Origin: an uncultured Kiritimatiellota bacterium
GTDB lineage: Bacteria > Verrucomicrobiota > Kiritimatiellia > RFP12 > DVOR01
Assembly (NCBI GenBank): GCA_944389565.1
Contig: CALXMV010000005.1
Location: forward strand, 1,068-65,067
Length of the DNA stretch: 64,000 nt
Direction: 5' to 3'
How positions within the stretch are numbered: the stretch's first letter is position 1; the number at the start of each line of letters is the position of its first letter. Below are positions 1 to 11,150 of the stretch, one piece after another. Both the position numbers and the translations under genes were made by a program. The notes beneath the pieces were generated by a model. That model saw nothing but the letters and a program-made list of their open reading frames with translations, did no database searches and was not told the DNA's origin.

Positions 1-947
1 CGCAGTGGTTGCTGAGCAATTGGCCTTGGAAGCTGGCGGCGCTGGCCGTGGCACTGCTGGTCTTCTTCGCCGTGCGGCGCTCGACGAGCTACACGCAGAC
101 GCTGACGCTCTCGGTGGAGGCGGAGACGACGGAGGGCGCGCAGGCCCTCACGGGCGTGGAGCCGGGCGTGGTGAGCGTGACCTTCCGCGGCTCGGAGGCC
201 GCCGTGCGCCGACTCTCCATGCCGGGCGCCGAACCGCCGGTGGTGCGCCTGCTGCTGGATCAGCCGGCGGACGGCGACTTCACCGAGCGGGTGCGCATCT
301 CGCGCCATGACGTGCGGTGCGACGACGCCCTGCGCGTGACGGCCATCGAGCCCGATTCGGTGGTGGCGACCTTCGACACGCGCGACACGCGCGTCTTCCA
401 GGTGGCCGAGCCGCTCGTCGTCGGCACGCCCGAGTACGCGGAGGTGCAGGTGGCGATCGAACCCAAGACGGTCGAGGTGACCGGCTCGCGCGCCATCCTC
501 GAGGAACTCGCCGAGGGCTTCCGTCTGCCGACCGCCAGCTTGGACGTCGCCGGGCGCACGACGAGTTTCCAGACGGTGCTGAAGGTGACGCCGCCGGACA
601 GCCGCGCGGGGTGGACGATCCGCCCTGACAGCGTGCGCGCGGATGTGCGCATCGTGCGCCAGAACGCCTCGCGCGTCTTCCATGAGGTGCCGGTGCGCGT
701 GCTGCAGTCGACGACCGGGCGGCGTTTCCGCCCCGACGCGCCGACCCTGCGCGTGACGGTCTGGGGCGCGCGCGAGGAGCTCGACGGGATCGACCCCGTG
801 GGCGTGGTGGCGCTGGTGGACGAGATGGCGGAGACGGAGGCGTCGGAGCCGGTGCTGGTGCTGCCTTGCTCCAACCGCGTGAGCCGCGTGTCGCTGGAGC
901 CGGCGCGGGTGCGCCTGCTGCCGGAATCCGAGGAGGTCGCGCCATGA
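1..947 (+). CDS. YbbR-domain protein (CdaR-like); 5' end probably outside window
   Basis: ORF track 9..947 starts at a TTG and the frame is open to the window edge. N-terminal TM helix (WKLAALAVALLVFFAV) is followed by repeated beta-rich YbbR-like modules (e.g. EPKTVEVTGSRAILEEL, PTLRVTVWGAREELD). Stop TGA 945-947 overlaps the next ATG (ATGA). Confidence 0.6.
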   Translation, partial: QWLLSNWPWKLAALAVALLVFFAVRRSTSYTQTLTLSVEAETTEGAQALTGVEPGVVSVTFRGSEAAVRRLSMPGAEPPVVRLLLDQPADGDFTERVRISRHDVRCDDALRVTAIEPDSVVATFDTRDTRVFQVAEPLVVGTPEYAEVQVAIEPKTVEVTGSRAILEELAEGFRLPTASLDVAGRTTSFQTVLKVTPPDSRAGWTIRPDSVRADVRIVRQNASRVFHEVPVRVLQSTTGRRFRPDAPTLRVTVWGAREELDGIDPVGVVALVDEMAETEASEPVLVLPCSNRVSRVSLEPARVRLLPESEEVAP

Positions 948-2332
948 GGCTTTCGGGCGGGCAGAGACGATGGTTCGCGGGGGCGATCCTGTGCGTCGCC
1001 TTGGCGGCGTTCGCCGCGGTCTTGGCCGACGCGCTCCTGGCGCGCCTGCGCCCGACGGTCGATTGGACGGCTTGGGGCGGCGGGCCCGTGCTCTCGGAGC
1101 GCGGCCGCGCCACGCTCACCGACACCTCGGGGACGGTCTCGGTGGCGTGCGTGCTGCCCACGGAGTCGCCCGCCGCTTTGCCGGTGGGCCGCCTGCTCCG
1201 CGCCTTCGCCCAAGCCTCGCGGGATGTCGCTGGGGCGACCATCGAGATCGCCTACGTCGACCCTCGCGTGGAGGTCGGCGCCGCGGCGCGGCTCATGGCA
1301 CAGGGCGCGGAAGGGGCGGGGTTGCTGTTCCGTCAGGCCGGGCGGCATGTCTTCCTGCCCGAGCGCGCGCTGTTGGACGATTCGGGCACGGCCTATGACC
1401 CCGCGGAGGCCGAGAGCGCCGTCGCCGCCGCGCTCGCCCGCCTGTCGCGGCCCGCGGGCGTGGAGGTGGGGTGGCTGACGGGCCATGGCGAGGCCGACTT
1501 CGCCGGGACGGATCCCGTGCGTGGCTTCTCCGGACTGCGCCGCGCGTTGGAGAACGAGGGGTGCCGCCTGCGCCCGCTGACGCTCGATGTCTCCGCCGAG
1601 GATGGCGGCATCCCCGTCACGGTCGGCGCGGTGGTCATCGCGGGGCCACGCTATCCCATCACCTCCGCCGAACGGGCCTTCCTGCTGGATTGGCTCGACC
1701 GCGGGGGGCGCCTGCTGTGCGCCTTGCCGGAGGCCGGCGACGCGGGACTGGGGCCGCTCCTGGAGCGTTGGGGCGTCCGCGCCGGCGCCTGGCCGCGGCG
1801 GCCCATCCGCCGGGGCGAGGGCGACGCGGGGCTGACGGACGCGCTTTCCGCCGAGCATCCCATCACGCGCGAGCTGGCCGGGAAGGCCTCGATCGCCTTC
1901 GGCGCGCCACGGGCCTTGGCGGCCGAGGGCCGCCGCGACCTCACGGTGACGCCTCTGGCGCGGATGGAGGTGGCGCCCGTGCCGGGCGCCGCGCAGACGA
2001 ACGAGACCGTGGCCGTCATGGTCGCCGCCGAGCGCGGCGGGCGCGTGGGCGCGGATCTGGCCTTCCGTCCCGGCCGGGTCGTGGCCGTGGGCGAGACGGC
2101 CTGGGCCGAGAACCGCAACACGCTCAACCATGCCTCGGCCAACCGTGACCTGGCCGTGAACGCCATCCGTTGGCTCACGGGGCTCTCCGGCAGCGGGGCG
2201 CGGAGCGGCGCGGGGGTGTTGCGTGTGGGGCAGGACGCCCAGGCGTGGCGGCGGGACTTCCTGGCGGTCGCGCTGGGCGTGCCTTTCGCGCTGTGCCTGG
2301 CGCTGTGGCTTTTCACCCGGAGGCGCGGATGA
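944..2332 (+). CDS. GldG-like / ABC-transporter auxiliary (ABC_transp_aux) family protein, N- and C-terminal TM anchors
   Basis: In-frame ATG at 944 within ORF 866..2332 gives MRLSGGQRRWFAGAILCVALAAFAAVL (TM). Characteristic WLTGHGEADF...GFSGLRRALENEGC motif of GldG-type proteins. C-terminal TM FLAVALGVPFALCLALWLF. ATGA overlaps at both ends. Confidence 0.65.
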   Translation: MRLSGGQRRWFAGAILCVALAAFAAVLADALLARLRPTVDWTAWGGGPVLSERGRATLTDTSGTVSVACVLPTESPAALPVGRLLRAFAQASRDVAGATIEIAYVDPRVEVGAAARLMAQGAEGAGLLFRQAGRHVFLPERALLDDSGTAYDPAEAESAVAAALARLSRPAGVEVGWLTGHGEADFAGTDPVRGFSGLRRALENEGCRLRPLTLDVSAEDGGIPVTVGAVVIAGPRYPITSAERAFLLDWLDRGGRLLCALPEAGDAGLGPLLERWGVRAGAWPRRPIRRGEGDAGLTDALSAEHPITRELAGKASIAFGAPRALAAEGRRDLTVTPLARMEVAPVPGAAQTNETVAVMVAAERGGRVGADLAFRPGRVVAVGETAWAENRNTLNHASANRDLAVNAIRWLTGLSGSGARSGAGVLRVGQDAQAWRRDFLAVALGVPFALCLALWLFTRRRG

Positions 2333-4152
2333 GATTCGGCCGGAACATCCTGATCCTCTCCTTGCTGATCGTCCTCTTGGCGGCGGGGCTGGTGACGGAG
2401 CGTCTGTTGCGCCCCGCGCCGCCGCTCGCCGCCGGGGCACCCCTTTTCCCCGTGCCGCCCGAGACAATCGTGAGCGTGCGGTGGGACCTCCCCGGCGCGG
2501 AGGGCGCGGCCGCGGGGACGCTGGCCTTGCGGCGGGAGGGCGAGCGGTGGCGCATGGAGAGCCCGTATCCCGGAGCGACGTGCGACCCGGCGGCGGTGGC
2601 CAATCTGCTCGACGCCCTGCAGGCCCTCCGGGTGGGGTCGCGGCTCGGGCTTACCGAGGGAAGCGCCTTCCGCGTGACGCGCCGCCTGGAGGTCCGCACG
2701 GCCGAGGCGGTCTACGCGGCCGGGTTCGGCGGCGCCCAGCCGATGGCGCTGGCGCAGACGTTGGCGGAGGTCGATGGCGCGCTTGTGTCCGTCGAGGCCG
2801 CGGCGGTCGCGCGGCTGCCGCAGACGGCCGAGCCGCTCCGCGCCAAAACCTTGCTCACGTGGCCGGCCGAGCGCGTGGAGGCACTGGAGTGGCGCGCGCC
2901 GGGGGTGCCGTTCACGCGCGCGGAACGCCAGTCCGGCGGCGTGTGGGGCGTCTCGCGGCCGTTCCCCTTCGAGGTCAAGCCCGAGGCCGCGGATCGCGCG
3001 TTGGCGACGCTTGCCGCGCCGGGCGCGATCGCCGCCTACGTCCGCCCGGCCGACGGCCGTCCGCCCCGCGAAGGGGCGCCGACGGTGCCGGAGGGCGCGC
3101 TCGAGGGGTATGGGCTTGACGAGGAGACGGCGCTGCGGCTCTCCGTTTTCGTGCGGGGGGCGGAGGGGGCGCAGACGTTCCGCTTCGGCAAGGCCGACCC
3201 CGCGCACCCGGGCCATGTCTTCTGCCTGATCGAGTCCGACCGTGCCGTCGTGTCCGTGCCCGGGGCGATCCCCGCGCTTTTCGCCGAGGGGGGGCCTTTC
3301 GTGGCGGACTTCCGCGATCTGCCGGTGTTGGGGGCCTTGCATGACGCCGACCGGGTGGCCTTCCGCCGCGGGCCGGACGCGGCGCCCGTCGAGCTCTCCC
3401 GAAGCCGCGGGGCGTGGACGCTCGCCCTGCCCACGAACCTCCCGGCGGACGCCGCCGCGGTCTCGGCCATGCTTTCGGGCCTCTCCGCGCTCACCGGTGA
3501 GATCACCGGCTCGGAGGAGCCCGCCGGCGAGCCATTCCTCACGCTCACCGCGGAGGCGGGGGGGCTCCCGCTTGCCGTCCTGCGGCTCCATCCCGATCCG
3601 ACCGACGCGGCGATGGCCTTGGCGTGGCGGCCCGACCAGGGGCGGCTTTATCGCATCCGGCGCGCCGCGCTCCCCTCCGCGCTGCTGGGCGACGCCGCGC
3701 GCCGGGGGCTCGTGGACCGGACGGTGCTTTCCGTGCCGGCGGGGCAGATCCGGCGCGTCACGGCGCTCCGGCGCGATGGCACGCAGTGCGCGGCCGTGCG
3801 GCGGGGGCCGGCCTTGGCGTGGGAGACGGAGAGCCCGGCGGGGGCGTATGTGGACGCGACGGTTCTGGACGCGTGGATCGCGGCTTTCGCCGACCTCAAG
3901 GCGCGGCGGGTGCTGAGCGACGCGCCGGTCGCCTTCGGTGAGCTCGGGCGTTACGGCCTGGAGCGGCCGCTCCTGCGCCTGACGTTGGACCTGGACGACG
4001 CGGAGGGCCTTCGGCGCGTGTTGCTCGTGGGCGAGCCCGACGTCAAGACGGGCGCGGCGCCGGCGCTTATCCAGGGGCGGCCCGTGCTTTATGAATTGGA
4101 TGCCGAGACGGTGCGGCTGCTGCGCCGTTGGCCGATGAGGGAGGCGCGATGA
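2329..4152 (+). CDS. DUF4340-like membrane-anchored protein (usual partner of GldG-type proteins)
   Basis: ATG 2329 in ORF 2170..4152 gives MRFGRNILILSLLIVLLAAGLV (TM), followed by repeated modules of the type W.L..P....AD...V..LL..L..L. ATGA overlaps with both neighbours. Confidence 0.55.
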   Translation: MRFGRNILILSLLIVLLAAGLVTERLLRPAPPLAAGAPLFPVPPETIVSVRWDLPGAEGAAAGTLALRREGERWRMESPYPGATCDPAAVANLLDALQALRVGSRLGLTEGSAFRVTRRLEVRTAEAVYAAGFGGAQPMALAQTLAEVDGALVSVEAAAVARLPQTAEPLRAKTLLTWPAERVEALEWRAPGVPFTRAERQSGGVWGVSRPFPFEVKPEAADRALATLAAPGAIAAYVRPADGRPPREGAPTVPEGALEGYGLDEETALRLSVFVRGAEGAQTFRFGKADPAHPGHVFCLIESDRAVVSVPGAIPALFAEGGPFVADFRDLPVLGALHDADRVAFRRGPDAAPVELSRSRGAWTLALPTNLPADAAAVSAMLSGLSALTGEITGSEEPAGEPFLTLTAEAGGLPLAVLRLHPDPTDAAMALAWRPDQGRLYRIRRAALPSALLGDAARRGLVDRTVLSVPAGQIRRVTALRRDGTQCAAVRRGPALAWETESPAGAYVDATVLDAWIAAFADLKARRVLSDAPVAFGELGRYGLERPLLRLTLDLDDAEGLRRVLLVGEPDVKTGAAPALIQGRPVLYELDAETVRLLRRWPMREAR

Positions 4153-5576
4153 ACGAGACGCTCATTCCGTTGGAGGCGCTCAGCGAGGCGGCGTTCGTCA
4201 TCGGCGCGGATTGCCGCGTCGTGGCCTGCAACAGCCGCGCCGTGGAGCTGTTGCGCGCGGAGTCGCCGGAGCGGGTGTTGGGGCGCAACGCCGCGGACCT
4301 TCCGAACGACCATGACCTCTCGGCGGAGTTTCCCACCTATCTCCGCGAGCGCCTTCAGGCGGTGCCGTTCATGGTGCTTCAGAGCCGCTTGGCGCGCGAC
4401 GACGGGACGTTCTTCCTCGCGGAGAGCACGTTGCATCGTCTGCCCGAGGCGCGTTATCTGGTGATCATCCGCGACATCACGGCCAGCGCGGAGGCGCTCC
4501 GCCGGCTGGAGGCCGCCAACGAACGTCTCCGTGCCACGATCCGCGACCGTATGGAGTTCGTCTCGAACGTCTCGCATGAGCTCCGCACGCCGCTCACCTC
4601 GATGTCCTACGCCCTCACGAACATGACGCGCGGCGTCTGCGGCGCGCTCCCGGCCAAGGCGCTTGATTACCTCGGCCGCCTGCAGGTCGACGTGAAGCGT
4701 CTGCTCACCACGGTGAACGATATCCTCGATCTGCGCCAGATGGAGAACGGCACGCTCACGCTCCGCAAGTCGGCCGTCCCTCTGCGGCGGTTGGTGGGGG
4801 AGGTCGTCGAGGCGCTCGCCATCCAGGCCGAGACCAAACGCCAGACGCTCACGCTCGAGCCCGGTGAGCGGGAGGTCTATTCCGAGGCCGACCGCCATAA
4901 GATCGAGCGTGTCTGCTTCAACATCCTTTCCAACGCCATCAAGTACACCCCCGAGGGCGGCGCCATCCATGCGACCGTCCGCGCGGAGGGTGACCGCGCC
5001 GTCATCGAGGTGGACGACAACGGGATCGGCATCCCGCCGGAGGCGCTCCCGAAGGTCTCCCAGCGTTACTTCCGCGTGGGGGATCAGGTGACCGGCACGG
5101 GGCTGGGCCTTTCCATCGTGCGCGAGATCCTGGAGTTGCATGGCGGCGCGCTGAGCATCCAATCGCCCGTCCCTGGCACTGAGCGCGGCACGCGCGTCAC
5201 GGCCTCGTTGCCGGCGTGCGCCGCGCCCCTGCTGATTGTCGTCTCGGGTGACGAGTCCTTCATCCGCCCCCTCACGGAGCAGGCCGAGGCCGTGGGGCTC
5301 GCCGTCCGTGCCGACCGTGAGGCCATTGACGTGCCGAAGGGGTGCGAGGGCCTTTCGCCTGCCCGGTTCGTGATCGACGGTTCGCTCCCGGAGTCGTGCC
5401 TGAGTGACTTGGTGTGCCAGATCCGCGGGGATGCGCGTCTCGGCCGCCTCCCCATCCTCCTGCTCGCACCCGAGGTTGAGCCTGTCCGCCGCGCCGAATA
5501 CGCCCGGATGCGCGTGGACGTGCGCCCTTGGCCGCTCGCGCCCGCCTCGCTCCGCGCCCTGCTGCGCGAGCAATAA
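4149..5576 (+). CDS. PAS sensor histidine kinase with a C-terminal degenerate receiver-like domain
   Basis: ATG 4149 in ORF 4128..5576. H-box SHELRTPLTSM. HATPase N/G boxes (NILSNAIKYTPEGG, DNGIGIP, GTGLGLSIV). The C-terminal roughly 120 aa is receiver-like (LLIVVSGDES...FVIDGSLPE...PILLLAP) but lacks the canonical acidic DD pocket. Confidence 0.85.
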   Translation: MNETLIPLEALSEAAFVIGADCRVVACNSRAVELLRAESPERVLGRNAADLPNDHDLSAEFPTYLRERLQAVPFMVLQSRLARDDGTFFLAESTLHRLPEARYLVIIRDITASAEALRRLEAANERLRATIRDRMEFVSNVSHELRTPLTSMSYALTNMTRGVCGALPAKALDYLGRLQVDVKRLLTTVNDILDLRQMENGTLTLRKSAVPLRRLVGEVVEALAIQAETKRQTLTLEPGEREVYSEADRHKIERVCFNILSNAIKYTPEGGAIHATVRAEGDRAVIEVDDNGIGIPPEALPKVSQRYFRVGDQVTGTGLGLSIVREILELHGGALSIQSPVPGTERGTRVTASLPACAAPLLIVVSGDESFIRPLTEQAEAVGLAVRADREAIDVPKGCEGLSPARFVIDGSLPESCLSDLVCQIRGDARLGRLPILLLAPEVEPVRRAEYARMRVDVRPWPLAPASLRALLREQ

Positions 5577-5590
5577 GTCGCCGCGGACGC

Positions 5591-5683
5591 AAAAAAACCG
5601 GGCGCGGGGAGAGAGGCCGCGCCCGGGAACAAGGTATATCTTCAAGTTGTCCGAAAGTTTCCGCCCCAAGGAGGGCTGAAAAC
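5591..5683 (-). ncRNA. Candidate small RNA (about 90 nt) with its own promoter and intrinsic terminator
   Basis: On the minus strand a 10-bp GC stem (5617-5626 / 5598-5607, 9-nt loop) is followed by T7 (5597-5591). A TTGCAC-17-TAATAT promoter lies just upstream. There is no ATG and no plausible ORF in the interval. On the plus strand the same hairpin has no T tail. Confidence 0.35.
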
Positions 5684-5689
5684 GGAGCT

Positions 5690-5718
5690 ATATTAGCAAA
5701 CCCTAATCGTCAGTGCAA
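5690..5718 (-). promoter_or_regulatory. Sigma-70-type promoter TTGCAC-N17-TAATAT driving the candidate sRNA
   Basis: The plus strand shows GTGCAA at 5713-5718 and ATATTA at 5690-5695, with a 17-nt spacer (5696-5712). Confidence 0.35.
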
Positions 5719-5822
5719 GCGAAAATATTCGCCAAGGCAAACTTTTTCGGGCGCCACCCGGTTTTGTGATGATGGTTTCTTTTGTCCCGCCGCAGGGTCG
5801 GCCGCGACATACTTTGGCAATG

Positions 5823-5862
5823 TGGCACGGCGTGCCATGCGAAGTGGCATGATTCGGTGCCA
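5823..5862. promoter_or_regulatory. Two TGGCA/TGCCA inverted repeats; possible enhancer (bEBP) sites upstream of the dnaK sigma-54 promoter
   Basis: TGGCAC-GGC-GTGCCA at 5823-5837 is a perfect 6-bp-arm palindrome. TGGCA-N8-TGCCA lies at 5845-5862. They sit about 30-70 bp upstream of the -24 element. Confidence 0.3.
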
Positions 5863-5892
5863 AAAGCGGCGATTTCGGCAGGGTGCGTGTTT

Positions 5893-5908
5893 TGGCATGG
5901 GAGTTGCA
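5893..5908 (+). promoter_or_regulatory. Sigma-54 (-24/-12) promoter TGGCAT-GGGAG-TTGCA upstream of dnaK
   Basis: Matches TGGCAC-N5-TTGCW with one mismatch and exact GG-to-GC spacing of 12. It lies 49 nt upstream of the dnaK ATG. The extended sequence TTTGGCAYGGGAGTTGCAAAAGGWGGCGT is shared with the glnN promoter. Confidence 0.5.
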
Positions 5909-5956
5909 AAAGGAGGCGTCAAACCGCGGTGACCCCGCGACGAAAGGAAACGACTT

Positions 5957-7858
<1,902 letters not shown>

Positions 7859-7866
7859 CCCCACCC

Positions 7867-7893
7867 CGCGGGGAGGCCCGAAACCTCCCCGCG
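7867..7893 (+). promoter_or_regulatory. Perfect 10-bp stem-loop between dnaK and groES, without a T tract
   Basis: CGCGGGGAGG (7867-7876) pairs with CCTCCCCGCG (7884-7893) around a 7-nt loop, followed by ccaccaaccc. Candidate processing, stability or attenuation element. Confidence 0.4.
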
Positions 7894-7922
7894 CCACCAA
7901 CCCTTCAGAAAGGATACGAACC

Positions 7923-8219
7923 ATGTCCAAGAAACCCGCAATCCGCCCGCTGGGCGACCGCGTCCTCGTCCAACCCAAGGAAGAGAAGGAAGTCACCCGC
8001 GGCGGCATCATCATCCCTGACACCGCCAAGGAAAAACCGATGGAAGGCACCGTCATCGCCGTCGGCATCAAGCGCGACAAAGACGGCAAGGAAGTGCCCT
8101 TCGACGTCAAGCCCGGCGACACCGTGCTCCTGCCCAAATACGGCGGCACCGAGGTCAAGATCGACGACGTCACCTACCAGATCGTCCGTTCCGACGACCT
8201 CCTCGGCATCCTCGGCTGA
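7923..8219 (+). CDS. groES: Co-chaperonin GroES
   Basis: 98-aa ORF: [42 protein letters not shown]. Confidence 0.97.
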   Translation: MSKKPAIRPLGDRVLVQPKEEKEVTRGGIIIPDTAKEKPMEGTVIAVGIKRDKDGKEVPFDVKPGDTVLLPKYGGTEVKIDDVTYQIVRSDDLLGILG

Positions 8220-8248
8220 ACCCAATTTCCTGAAAGGAGAACATCATC

Positions 8249-9883
<1,635 letters not shown>

Positions 9884-9906
9884 GGCCCGGCCCTCGCCAA
9901 ACCCAA

Positions 9907-9942
9907 AAGACGCCCCGCGCATTCGCGCGGGGCGTCTTTTTT
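9907..9942 (+). terminator. Rho-independent terminator after groEL
   Basis: 14-bp stem AAGACGCCCCGCGC / GCGCGGGGCGTCTT with loop ATTC, running into a T tract that ends at 9942. Confidence 0.8.
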
Positions 9943-10003
9943 GTCCCTCGCGAAAAACGTGGGAGCCGCCTGGCGGTTTCGTGTTAGACTTCGGTCAGCC
10001 CCC

Positions 10004-10035
10004 TTGACAGACGGGGGGGGGGGGGGTGGTATCTT
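10004..10035 (+). promoter_or_regulatory. Sigma-70-like promoter with a G14 tract in the spacer (TTGACA-N20-TATCTT)
   Basis: TTGACA at 10004-10009 and TATCTT at 10030-10035, preceded by TGG. The 20-nt spacer consists of gac + G14 + tgg. It lies 49 nt upstream of the PEP-CTERM gene ATG at 10084. Confidence 0.4.
10013..10026. repeat. Homopolymeric G14 tract
   Basis: Counted directly: 8 G at the end of the line starting at 9961 plus 6 G at the start of the line starting at 10021. Longest homopolymer I noticed in the window. Confidence 0.95.
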
Positions 10036-10083
10036 ATCGGCAAACACGGCTTTCCTGCCGTGAGCACCCGGAGCGACAAGACC

Positions 10084-10803
10084 ATGACAGACATCCGCAC
10101 CCTCCTGACCCTCGGCCTGATGGCGCTGACCCTCGGCGCCGCCCAAGCCGCCTCCTACACCTGGAACGAGCGAGAGACCGACACCACCGAGGCCGGCCGC
10201 TGGCAATGGCGCCCCTTCAAGGGCGAATCCATCAACCTCGCCGTCATCATCGACCATGGCGCTACCCTCGGCCAAGGCGGCCTCATCGGCTACGCTTCCC
10301 AGAAACCCACCTCTGGCGGCAGTTACGTCGGCATCCGCCTGAACGCCGCCGGCGCCTACGAGGTCGTCCTTGACACCGGCACCGGCGCCACCACCGCCGC
10401 CACCGACATCGCCGCCCGTGCCGGCAAGACCGACGTCCTCACCCTCTCCCTCCGGAGCACCTCCGGCTCCTCCTCCTCCGGCCCGCACATCTACGACATC
10501 GTCCTCGGCATCAACGGCGTCACCGTCGCCACCTTCGAGCAGGCCACCTTCGACCCCCTCCTCTACGACACCGCCTGGCTCCAGCTCGGCAACGGCCTCG
10601 ACGCCTACGCCGGCACCGGCTTCACCGCCGACGTGCTCTACGCCAACGACGACAACCAGCCCCCCGTCTACACCACCGACACCGGCGCCCTCTACGAGGA
10701 CATCTGCGACGAGGTGGGCATCGAGCCCGTCCCTGAGCCGACGGCCCTGGCGCTGATCGCCCTCGGCGCGGCCGGCCTGGCACTCCGCCGCAGGGTTGCC
10801 TGA
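10084..10803 (+). CDS. PEP-CTERM sorting-domain protein (small secreted beta-sandwich/lectin-like)
   Basis: ORF 10060..10803. The ATG at 10084 gives the signal peptide MTDIRTLLTLGLMALTLGAAQA. C-terminal VPEPTALALIALGAAGLALRRRVA is PEP + TM + Arg cluster. Confidence 0.8.
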   Translation: MTDIRTLLTLGLMALTLGAAQAASYTWNERETDTTEAGRWQWRPFKGESINLAVIIDHGATLGQGGLIGYASQKPTSGGSYVGIRLNAAGAYEVVLDTGTGATTAATDIAARAGKTDVLTLSLRSTSGSSSSGPHIYDIVLGINGVTVATFEQATFDPLLYDTAWLQLGNGLDAYAGTGFTADVLYANDDNQPPVYTTDTGALYEDICDEVGIEPVPEPTALALIALGAAGLALRRRVA

Positions 10804-10864
10804 GCCCCGCCCATCGGCACGCAAACGAAAAAGCCCCCGGTTCCCCGGGGGCTTTTTTTTGTGC
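10729..10864. repeat. Copy 1 of a 135/136-bp direct repeat (PEP-CTERM coding tail + stop + terminator)
   Basis: Aligned by eye with 11730..11864: 3 substitutions (10776, 10782, 10797), all at third codon positions and synonymous, plus one T indel in the terminator tail. Confidence 0.9.
10828..10860 (+). terminator. Rho-independent terminator (A5 - stem - T8)
   Basis: AGCCCCCGG / CCGGGGGCT stem with loop TTCC, followed by T8. Confidence 0.8.
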
Positions 10865-11150
10865 TTGCCGACCGTGCTTCCCGGTTGATATGATATGGGC
10901 ACGCGTCGGGAGAGCCGACGCACGGGATGCACGTAGAGGCATCCTGTGGTTTCCGAACGGACGATTGTCAGAAAACTTAGGACCTTTTCGATCATGCTCG
11001 TCCGAGAGCGGGAGCGTGGGTATCACGCGCCCACTCTTGGTGTCGCGTGATTGGGTAGTCCTAAGACCTTCTGGCAAGACATCGGGGTGGGCGTGTCTTT
11101 TGCCTTGGCGTCCACCCTGCCAATCACGAGGCAAGGCAGAGTGGACTAAG

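Noticed and set aside
866-4148. Longer N-terminal extensions given by the ORF track for the GldG-like gene (866), the DUF4340 gene (2170) and the kinase (4128).
   Set aside because: The extensions would overlap the preceding genes by 20-160 nt and encode Arg/Gly/Ala-rich sequence. In each case an internal ATG sits in an ATGA overlap with the upstream stop and is followed directly by a TM helix or the domain start.
5693-5719. A CIRCE-like string TTAGCAAAC-N9-CAGTGCAAG upstream of dnaK.
   Set aside because: The left half matches the CIRCE consensus at 7/9 positions, but the two halves are complementary at only 4/9, so it is not a real inverted repeat. It lies about 240 nt from the dnaK ATG. 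It is better explained as the -35/-10 region of the minus-strand promoter.
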